A stretch of 60,506 nucleotides of DNA from Candidatus Thorarchaeota archaeon (lineage in GTDB: Archaea; Asgardarchaeota; Thorarchaeia; Thorarchaeales; Thorarchaeaceae). Numbering within the stretch: the stretch's first letter is position 1; the number at the start of each line of letters is the position of its first letter. Of the stretch, positions 53,358 through 60,506 are shown piece after piece. Made by a program: the position numbers and the translations under genes. The stretch covers positions 1 to 60,506 of the forward strand of contig JAEOTX010000150.1 in assembly GCA_016839605.1 (NCBI GenBank), given 5' to 3'. The notes beneath the pieces are model-generated. The model had not been told where the DNA came from and ran no database searches. It was given only the letters and a program-made list of their open reading frames with translations.

Positions 53358-53795
53358 CTATAGATCCAATGTGAATATGAGCGTGGTGCGTTCTGCGTCT
53401 TGTTCAATACTCATATCCGCATATGTCATTGCCTTTACTTCGGTTCGTGTATCATGACGCTCAAGGTCGATGCTCTCTCCCCAAACGCGTCCGCTTAGAA
53501 CAAAGCCTTCAGGGGTCTTAGCAATCTCCTTTACTTCGAACCTCGAATAGAACTGGGAGTTGATGTCGATGAGTGCTATTATGTATCCAATCCATTCTAC
53601 GAGAAGTTCTTCCAAATCTATTCCGTTAACGGTGACATCGGCGGAGTTAATTGGTTGGACAGTCGATGTGTCCAGTATCACCTCTAACGCTCCAAGGGCC
53701 GCCTCCTCAAATGCTTCTTCAAGGCTGGGAGCCCAACACTCGACTGTGATGTCAGCAGTGTGGTCATGATATTTGAATCCGCGTTCAGCTGTCAT
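53358..53795 (-). CDS. archease (RtcB tRNA-splicing ligase cofactor)
   Basis: 145 aa. F.YHDHTADI.VE.WA.SLEEAFEEAA.. and the C-terminal VKA.TY pattern. Confidence 0.9.
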   Translation of the reverse strand: MTAERGFKYHDHTADITVECWAPSLEEAFEEAALGALEVILDTSTVQPINSADVTVNGIDLEELLVEWIGYIIALIDINSQFYSRFEVKEIAKTPEGFVLSGRVWGESIDLERHDTRTEVKAMTYADMSIEQDAERTTLIFTLDL

Positions 53796-53881
53796 ACTCC
53801 TCTACCCGTCACCTACTACAAGAAGCTTAAAAGGCGTTTCCAACCGATGGCAGCCGTCATCCTTTCAGGGATTGACATGAA

Positions 53882-54002
53882 GCCGAGGTAGCCAAGCCCG
53901 GATTAAGGCGCTGGTCTTGAAAACCAGTATCTTCGGATGCATGGTGCCAAGATAACCAGTGTGCTTTGTCACGCGTGAGTTCAAATCTCACCCTCGGCGC
54001 CA
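53882..54002 (+). tRNA. tRNA-Ser (anticodon UGA) with canonical 37/38 intron (~32 nt), CCA encoded
   Basis: GCCGAGG-TA-GCC-AAGCCCGGATTAA-GGC-G-CTGGT-CTTGAA[53922-53953]A-ACCAG-long variable arm TGTGCTTTGTCACGC-GTGAG-TTCAAAT-CTCAC-CCTCGGC-G-CCA. Confidence 0.85.
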
Positions 54003-54022
54003 TTTCCTCAATAGCCGGAACC

Positions 54023-54817
54023 TTAGAGTTTACCCCCACAATGCGGACAGAAGCTGATTCCTTCGTCAATCTTTGCCTGACAGAACGGACAAACATGCTT
54101 TCCAGCTGGAACAGTCTGAGTTTCCCGAATGACTTGAATAGATACATCAACAGTCTTTGTGGTTCGAAGAGAATATTCATTATCAAAAACAACTAGTAAC
54201 TGTTCTTTCCTTGGGCTCTGATATGTCACATCAATCTCGCCGACCTTCTCCCTGGTGAAATATGCTTTGTCAGTGTGAATGCTGTCGGGGGTTTCATATA
54301 TCTTGGCTAAGATGTGCACGGTTATGTCATTACCCTTGGTCACACGACCAAAGATCCTGATTGTATCGTCCTTATTCACATCCACATCAATAGTTTCAAG
54401 GTATCCTGCATCTACCTCAAAACTCTCCCTGAGAGGCTCATCTCCGACCTCAAGCGGAGGGAACGCTACTTGAACGTGGACATCAATTGACTTGTACTTG
54501 GAGCGAGCATGGTAGTTATCGAAGACCAGGTAGACAACATCCCTCATCTCAACGACAACTGACTCATCCACATTACTCACCTTCTCTTCTGACCAGAGTG
54601 CATTGTCAGGGTCAGGGTCAAATTCCGTGACTAGGCCCACCAAGGGGGCCTTTTTCACATAGGCTGAAGGAAATAATGCGACATTGAAATCATCTCCGTC
54701 AACCTCCTTCGCCTTGATGTGAATAGCAGTCAGTTCTCTGCAATGTATTTCCACATATTCAAACTGACCTGCTTCAATTTCGATGTTCTTCTTGAATTCT
54801 CCACCTCGTAACCTCAT
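54023..54817 (-). CDS. hypothetical protein with internal duplication and C-terminal zinc ribbon
   Basis: 264 aa. Two similar halves (VVYLVFDNYHARSKYKSIDVHVQV and LLVVFDNEYSLRTTKTVDVSIQV), ending in CPFCQAKIDEGISFCPHCGGKL. Confidence 0.55.
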   Translation of the reverse strand: MRLRGGEFKKNIEIEAGQFEYVEIHCRELTAIHIKAKEVDGDDFNVALFPSAYVKKAPLVGLVTEFDPDPDNALWSEEKVSNVDESVVVEMRDVVYLVFDNYHARSKYKSIDVHVQVAFPPLEVGDEPLRESFEVDAGYLETIDVDVNKDDTIRIFGRVTKGNDITVHILAKIYETPDSIHTDKAYFTREKVGEIDVTYQSPRKEQLLVVFDNEYSLRTTKTVDVSIQVIRETQTVPAGKHVCPFCQAKIDEGISFCPHCGGKL

Positions 54818-54936
54818 CTCCTGAACACCTCCTTTGGAGAGGCAGGCATTAGCTAAAAAGCCTTTTTAAGACTTGAAAGAACAGACAATATCGGAGCCAG
54901 TAGGAATTATCACTCTCCAATATTTAGTATGAATAG

Positions 54937-56802
54937 GTGCTTCGCGTGAGGGCGGCAAGACTTGTTGCTTTTGGATTGGTTCTAGGATTAATTTTGCTAG
55001 CATTTCCAGAATCCCAGCTCGATATATTTGAGAAAAATCTGAGTCCGGATATGAAACACAACAATATTCTCGCAGACTATGTGGTCCATGATCCAATCCT
55101 GATAGCATCAGATGCTGACTTTGAAGCACAAGGTTGGCCCGGGAATGGAACAGAAAACGATCCATACCTCATAGAAGGATTCACGATTAACGGAAGCCAG
55201 ACTCCCTCAGAGATTTGTTTGATGGTCGAAAATACAAGATCGTATTTCTCCGTGACAAACTGTTATCTTTTCAATGGCCAATTTGGAATCCAATTTGACA
55301 ACGTTTCCAATGCTAGAATTGAGAATAATGAGATACATGAGGTTGGTGATGATGGCATTGTAATAACAGGTTCTGATTTCAATGCAATTCAAAACAACAC
55401 ACTAGTGGGAAGTGTCTTGCACAGCAGTAATCATGCTTTAATCCTGTACAACTGCGATAACACCACGATAGCAAACAATACCTGTTTTGGATACTGGCAC
55501 TTTGGGATATCGCTTTCATCAGGTTGCTCTAATGACTCAATATCCAATAACTTATTTTCTAGCAACACAGGGACTAGCTACGGCATATGGCTATGGGACT
55601 CAAGCCAAAACACAATCTTCAACAATACCTGCATCAGTAACACCTATGGGATATGGATTTTTTCTTCGTCCCCTGATCCGCTCTATCATTGCTACGGGAA
55701 TATTCTCCTCAATAATAGCTGTGATGAAAATGGTTATGGTATATGGATAGAACGATGCTCATCACTCACTATTGTAAACAACACTGCTTCTAATAATGAT
55801 TACAACGGTATCAACAACGTTGATTGCGTTGATTCTATCCTTATTGACAACGAGTGCCTTTACAATGTTCAACGGGGTATTGTTTTAGGCGATTCAACAG
55901 AGAACTGCACCTTGTACAATAACAGGTTAGGATGGAACGGACCAGAGAACGGACTCGACCACGGAATAAACAATTCATGGGATGATGGAGTGAGTATAGG
56001 GAATAAATGGGGTGATTATGTAGGAAGTCCACCTACCTACACTATTCCCGGCGATGCGGGGTCAGTCGACCATTATCCTCTGAAGGCAGACACAAGAGTG
56101 CCCACAATTGATTCACCTTCTGACATAGAAATTGAGTTCGGTTCTTCAGGGGCTATAACTTGGAACCCAGTTGACCCTCATTACGAATCATACACTGTCC
56201 TCAGAAACGGGAACCCAATCGATACTGACATCTGGTATGGATCAAGTGTCACTGTGCCAATCGGTGGACTGGCACTAGGAGTCTACAATTACACCCTCAT
56301 TGTGTCCGACACATGCGCGAACTCAAACTCCGATTCAGTCTTGGCGACTGTTGAAGACACCACTGCGCCAACAATTAATGACCTCGGCTACATTGGTTAT
56401 ACTGAGGGTGAAAAAGGCCATTTCGCATCGTGGAATCCATCTGACCCCCTTCCTCAGTCCTTCGAGCTCTTGCAGAATGGATCCTTAATGCTAGCTGATG
56501 ATTGGGATGGCTCTGAGATAACGTACAATGTTGATGGACTTCCTCCCGGAGTCCACAACTTCACGTTGATTGTCTATGACACGTCAGGCAACTGGAACTC
56601 AGACTCTGTGCTTGTGACGGTCTGGGCGTTGGCTACAACTCCAACCAAAACGACAACAAGTGTGACTGCAACGCTAACTAGCCCGACTGGACCCCCGACT
56701 GATCCAACAGGGATAACTATCATTTTGGTAGTGGTAGGTATTGCTGCAGTCACATCTATTATCATCACATTGGTTGTACTACGGATTAGGAAATCGGGAT
56801 AG
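54937..56802 (+). CDS. secreted right-handed beta-helix (PbH1/NosD-like) repeat protein with Thr-rich stalk and C-terminal TM anchor
   Basis: GTG start with a signal-like RAARLVAFGLVLGLILLAFP. There are many N.I..N....N..GI.L repeats, then a TTPTKTTTSVTATLTSPTGPPTDPTG linker, a hydrophobic helix and RIRKSG. Confidence 0.8.
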   Translation: MLRVRAARLVAFGLVLGLILLAFPESQLDIFEKNLSPDMKHNNILADYVVHDPILIASDADFEAQGWPGNGTENDPYLIEGFTINGSQTPSEICLMVENTRSYFSVTNCYLFNGQFGIQFDNVSNARIENNEIHEVGDDGIVITGSDFNAIQNNTLVGSVLHSSNHALILYNCDNTTIANNTCFGYWHFGISLSSGCSNDSISNNLFSSNTGTSYGIWLWDSSQNTIFNNTCISNTYGIWIFSSSPDPLYHCYGNILLNNSCDENGYGIWIERCSSLTIVNNTASNNDYNGINNVDCVDSILIDNECLYNVQRGIVLGDSTENCTLYNNRLGWNGPENGLDHGINNSWDDGVSIGNKWGDYVGSPPTYTIPGDAGSVDHYPLKADTRVPTIDSPSDIEIEFGSSGAITWNPVDPHYESYTVLRNGNPIDTDIWYGSSVTVPIGGLALGVYNYTLIVSDTCANSNSDSVLATVEDTTAPTINDLGYIGYTEGEKGHFASWNPSDPLPQSFELLQNGSLMLADDWDGSEITYNVDGLPPGVHNFTLIVYDTSGNWNSDSVLVTVWALATTPTKTTTSVTATLTSPTGPPTDPTGITIILVVVGIAAVTSIIITLVVLRIRKSG

Positions 56803-56826
56803 GTGCGTCAATATATTATGTGAGTG

Positions 56827-57612
56827 TCAATCATCTGCTTCATCTGGTGGCCACTCGATAATGCCGTATGGCTGGTCGAAATAGGGTGCAATCTGTTTGA
56901 ACCTCTTGCCACGTCCTCTATTAAATTTGAAAAATGTGACATAGCAGCACGCATCTGCCAATTGAACTCCTGGACTCAATTCAGAAGGAGTAAAGAAGCA
57001 TGTTTCCACTATGTTAAGATAGTGCGTTTGTTGGAAATGTAGATTCTCTCTTGTTTTAGGAGTGCGTATCCCACCATCTTCCATCACCTGATAGGTCCAA
57101 AGCTGCTTCAATTTGTCTCTTGTCTTATGCTCACTGTCCATAATCATCAAACCAATATCGTCGATTCTTCCAAGGTACTTGTCAAATCGATTTATGAGAT
57201 AAAGCGGGCCCAGAATCGGGGCTACTAGTGCACGAGTCCTTGTCTTTCCGGACCTAGTTATGTACATATAGCGCTCGAAGTGTTCTTTCTTATGAATGAC
57301 AGCAGCAAAGAGTGTTGGCTTGATTTCTTCGATGATTTTGAAGATGCCGTCTGTGAGACGCTTCCTCTCTCGATTCGTAAGCTGGCCATATGCCCCCTTA
57401 CCTGCAACTATGTCAACGTGATGGAACTCAGTCGGCTTTTCATCATAGCTCTCGAAAGCACGTGATAGAAGTCCGGTGAGAGTGACAGAAGCTCCAAGCC
57501 ATGCCTTTGCATCCATTGAGAGCCCTACAGTAACATGAATGTTAGTTTCGCTTTTGCCGTAGGGGTCAGGCCATCCTTCGTTGCCGGAGGAATCAACAAA
57601 CATTATCTTCAT
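56827..57612 (-). CDS. DUF3800-like protein
   Basis: 261 aa. N-terminal IMFVDSSGNEG (DESG-like) and C-terminal SPGVQLADACCY (QLAD-like) are the two motifs I associate with DUF3800. Confidence 0.6.
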   Translation of the reverse strand: MKIMFVDSSGNEGWPDPYGKSETNIHVTVGLSMDAKAWLGASVTLTGLLSRAFESYDEKPTEFHHVDIVAGKGAYGQLTNRERKRLTDGIFKIIEEIKPTLFAAVIHKKEHFERYMYITRSGKTRTRALVAPILGPLYLINRFDKYLGRIDDIGLMIMDSEHKTRDKLKQLWTYQVMEDGGIRTPKTRENLHFQQTHYLNIVETCFFTPSELSPGVQLADACCYVTFFKFNRGRGKRFKQIAPYFDQPYGIIEWPPDEADD

Positions 57613-57864
57613 GATTATTACTCAAATGATGTTCATATACAAGGGTTGTTACTCTCGGAAATCCCTTCTAGCATTGAAATTCCTCATCTTGGAGGTAACT
57701 CGGTTTCAACAAGCGCCCTTGTTATCTCATTTCAGTCCTCTACTATCACATAGAGCAACGTCTAACAAGCATGCCGATTACCACCTCGGAGAGTTGGTAG
57801 AAGGGCAGTGTCCCACAGCCATCGGATGGTCAGGGTGCTGTTCACACATCAGTTATCAGTTTGG

Positions 57865-60273
57865 TCATGAAATCATAGTTTGCTCAATTGAGAGACACCG
57901 ACTCAGAATATAGTCTAACGCACTGAAGTCTGCAAGATTCTCTGTGAACATCTCGAGAGCCGCGTTATCCAAAGCATGTTGTAGCAATCTTCCTGCTGCC
58001 TCAAATTTGAGCCGTACTCTTTTCCTAGCCAAATCACAGCTATTAATGAGCACCATTCTCCATGAGTCGGAGATCTCTACGTTCCATAGTCCAGAGGATT
58101 GGCTTCTGCAGGTGATGCCCATCATCTCAAGTGTTCTAAGTTGCCTTCGAATACCCCTATCAGATAACCCGGTTTTAGAGCCGAGAGCTCCAATCGCTAC
58201 AGGATTTCTTGATTGAAGAATCACCCCGAGCACTTCATTTTCCAAAGCCAGGAGCATGGATTTGAAGAGTTTCAAGTTCATTCTTGGACTCAAAGACGGA
58301 ATTTCCGTATGCTTGAAGGAAATTAATGCTTCAACCAAGAAAAGAAGGTTCATCATGCCTTCTCTCAAATCAATATCTCCTCTCCAACCGGCAGAATACG
58401 AGTTTTGTCGAATCTCAAGATTCTCAGAACACAGATTTAGGAGCCATTCCAAGTCGTTGTGATGAATCTCGACAATCTTCCGACCTTCCGAGGTCATAGG
58501 ACCTCCCTGGATGATTGAAACAACGAAACTGCCCCATGAGAGAACTTCTTTCCCATGCTCGGTCAACCTATAGACTGCTGCAGCTCTCTGTGGCTTTCTT
58601 ACTCTCCTTACATAACCTCGACTGCCTAGCTCACCCAGAATTCTTGACAGCCAACTACTGCTAAGAGATGTTGCCTCGCATAATTCCTGGGTATTCATTT
58701 CAGATTTAAATTCCAGACTAGCTAGGACTTCAAGAGATCCCCTTGAAGACAGCGCTTTGCACCGTGCTTTTAATTCGTAGATTAAAGAACTAAATGATGC
58801 TTCGGCCTCTTTATTCCCACGACTCTCATACCTGTTCCTAATAGTCTGTGCCATGTCGGGTGAAATACCTGCATATTCTAAGATGGCGCAATCACTGGTT
58901 GGATGATGACTAATGGTTCGTTTCAAAAACGCATTGAGCGCATCCATAACATACTGAGGTGCAGTTTCACTTAACCGTCCCAGATATTGACGAGCGTTTC
59001 GTTCAAAGAACTCCAAGTATCTTTCATTGTTTGCCATCAAGTTTCGCGCAGAAAATTCGGAAGTGCATCGAATCATAGCCTCATCTGGTTCTGGTACTGC
59101 TACTAGAGCTGGCAGTCTGATAGAGTCCCACGGTTCCATGCCATGAATTGGTTGACGATGTACCAAGGGACTTACCGTTTCAAGCTCTCCCATATTCTCA
59201 ACCCTGACAAAAGCTCCTCCGGTTGGAAGTGAAATCAAACCTTCACGACTCCATACATAGTCTAGGCAGAGTGCTTCACCTACGACTTTCTTAGCTTGTG
59301 GATCTATAAGTTTCCCAACAACCCACATGTTGCAGCTTCCAAGTACGTGACTACTGATTTGGTGAGGCATCTGGTCAACTATCATGAATCCAATTCCCAA
59401 TTTCCGTCCTTCGATGAGAGCTCTCTCCAAGTGTGACCTCTCACCTTTTCTATCTGCTCTACGAATCTCACTGATGAAGTTGTGAGCCTCCTCAAGGACG
59501 ACTAACACATTATTCGTTGGCGCTATATTGTGAGTGCGTTGCCAAGCACGATAAGCAAAAAGCTTGGCCACAGTAATACTAACCAGCAGTTCATGTGCAC
59601 GAGTAATACCTGTTGATGGAAGTTGAACAACCAATAGTCCCTTTTCGAAATCAGTCGGCTGAAAACCTCCTCTTTCCTTAACACAGCGACCGACTTCTGA
59701 GTCCAAGAGGCTCTCAAGTCGGTTCTGAACACTCACATGACTACTGACTTCTGATGACCTTTGCCGAGGTCTATAATCCCGTGCCTCATCCAGAAGCTCA
59801 TCCAAGGTTGGAGGTTTATCTTGACTGGATGGTGAGTCTAGGGTCAGACTATTTGCAGCCTTCTGAAGAATAGCTATGGATGGATCTTTGAGACCGTAGT
59901 TCTGCGCAAATACTTGAATGAAAGTTGGAAACCATTCATCTAGCCGCATGCCGGGTGGAGGTTCGAGTGGGTTCTGTATGAACTCTCTGTAGTCTATGAC
60001 GACTATGTCTTTTCTTACCGCAAGGAGCTTCTCATAATCCCTCGAATTGTCAAATACGATACCTCCATAGTCTGACTCCAAAGCAGCTATCACAATCTTC
60101 ATGGCTTTCTGAGTCTTGCCTGAGCCAATTGAACCTGCCACCAATACTCCCTTAGTGAGCTCATCGGGATGACGCCGAATATACTCATAGAGGTCTATGT
60201 GCCGTCCTCGATTACGAATCACACTGGCTATGTTCTGTGAAATATCGCTTTGGTCATCAGGCAAGTCTTGCAT
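57865..60273 (-). CDS. HerA/FtsK-superfamily (DUF87-like) P-loop ATPase fused to two C-terminal winged-helix domains
   Basis: 802 aa. Walker A VAGSIGSGKT and Walker B NVLVVLEEAH, with RKLGIGFMIVDQMP downstream. C-terminal wHTH 1 is NTQELCEATSLSSSWLSRILGELGSRGYVRRV..YRLTEHG. wHTH 2 is IGALGSKTGLSDRGIRRQLRTLEMMGI. Confidence 0.8.
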   Translation of the reverse strand: MQDLPDDQSDISQNIASVIRNRGRHIDLYEYIRRHPDELTKGVLVAGSIGSGKTQKAMKIVIAALESDYGGIVFDNSRDYEKLLAVRKDIVVIDYREFIQNPLEPPPGMRLDEWFPTFIQVFAQNYGLKDPSIAILQKAANSLTLDSPSSQDKPPTLDELLDEARDYRPRQRSSEVSSHVSVQNRLESLLDSEVGRCVKERGGFQPTDFEKGLLVVQLPSTGITRAHELLVSITVAKLFAYRAWQRTHNIAPTNNVLVVLEEAHNFISEIRRADRKGERSHLERALIEGRKLGIGFMIVDQMPHQISSHVLGSCNMWVVGKLIDPQAKKVVGEALCLDYVWSREGLISLPTGGAFVRVENMGELETVSPLVHRQPIHGMEPWDSIRLPALVAVPEPDEAMIRCTSEFSARNLMANNERYLEFFERNARQYLGRLSETAPQYVMDALNAFLKRTISHHPTSDCAILEYAGISPDMAQTIRNRYESRGNKEAEASFSSLIYELKARCKALSSRGSLEVLASLEFKSEMNTQELCEATSLSSSWLSRILGELGSRGYVRRVRKPQRAAAVYRLTEHGKEVLSWGSFVVSIIQGGPMTSEGRKIVEIHHNDLEWLLNLCSENLEIRQNSYSAGWRGDIDLREGMMNLLFLVEALISFKHTEIPSLSPRMNLKLFKSMLLALENEVLGVILQSRNPVAIGALGSKTGLSDRGIRRQLRTLEMMGITCRSQSSGLWNVEISDSWRMVLINSCDLARKRVRLKFEAAGRLLQHALDNAALEMFTENLADFSALDYILSRCLSIEQTMIS

Positions 60274-60275
60274 TT

Positions 60276-60303
60276 CAGACTCCTATTCATGTGCTTGAGT
60301 CTG
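60276..60303. promoter_or_regulatory. inverted repeat CAGACTC-N14-GAGTCTG immediately upstream of the ATPase start
   Basis: Perfect 7-bp arms at 60276-60282 and 60297-60303. The start codon ends at 60273. Confidence 0.35.
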
Positions 60304-60322
60304 CTATTTGAGGGCCTTTAGA

Positions 60323-60506
60323 GGACATTTTGTAGCAACTATGAAGTGATTTGCTGGACATTTGTCAGCAATCTTAGCAGAAAATTCTGACATGTGATAG
60401 CAAAACGAACTGGTCAAGCGGACATGAGAACGCAAAAGGACCATGACTAAGGGACAGGAGGACGCAAGGGGCGCGAATTAGAGGGACAGCTGAGTGCAAT
60501 CAGAAA
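60323..60506. repeat. phased array of six GGACA-N7-GCAA sites with a 32-bp period (truncated by the window end)
   Basis: Units start at 60323, 60356, 60388, 60420, 60452 and 60484: GGACATTTTGTAGCAA, GGACATTTGTCAGCAA, TGACATGTGATAGCAA, GGACATGAGAACGCAA, GGACAGGAGGACGCAA, GGACAGCTGAGTGCAA. The intervening 16-17 nt are unrelated, and no ORF covers the region. Confidence 0.75.

Noticed and set aside
60323-60506. CRISPR array interpretation of the 32-bp periodic repeat
   Set aside because: Only a split 5+4-nt motif is conserved within each unit. There is no 24-40-nt repeat or repeat-internal palindrome, spacers would be only about 16 nt, and no cas genes are in the window.

Overview
Archaeal chromosomal segment. 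Archaeal-type uL3-uL4-uL23-uL2, Gar1, SRP19, Trm1, archease, H4MPT C1 enzymes (Ftr, Mch) and intron-bearing tRNAs support this. All family calls rest on motifs recognised by eye in the ORF translations; no database search was possible. Core genes include acs, an OFA-type MFS transporter, two tandem CoA-transferase/GNAT fusions, H+-pyrophosphatase, cyclophilin, trm1, rlmE, gar1, srp19, dCMP deaminase, pyrB, ftr-fwdC-mch, korB/korG, an RHH-ftsZ operon, a glycyl-radical enzyme, a SPOUT methylase and archease. There are four complete tRNA genes: Ile, Pro with two introns, Thr with a T-arm intron, and Ser with a canonical intron. Two tRNA fragments are also present. Three accessory regions stand out. 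(i) 1-5 kb is an island of small ORFs with duplicated leaderless-type promoters. (ii) 23.8-36.7 kb holds two diverged TnpB-only IS200/IS605-like elements in inverted orientation, both beside tRNA genes or fragments, both lacking the canonical RuvC-II glutamate, sharing conserved non-coding 5' and 3' modules, and followed by a 1789-aa ORFan with a RecB-like PD-(D/E)xK motif set. (iii) 56.8-60.5 kb holds a DUF3800-like gene and a HerA/FtsK-like ATPase with two wHTH domains, preceded by a strictly phased 32-bp array of GGACA-N7-GCAA sites that runs off the window edge. The best candidates for something undescribed are the phased array with the ATPase/DUF3800 pair, the giant nuclease-motif ORFan, and the tRNA-associated TnpB derivatives.
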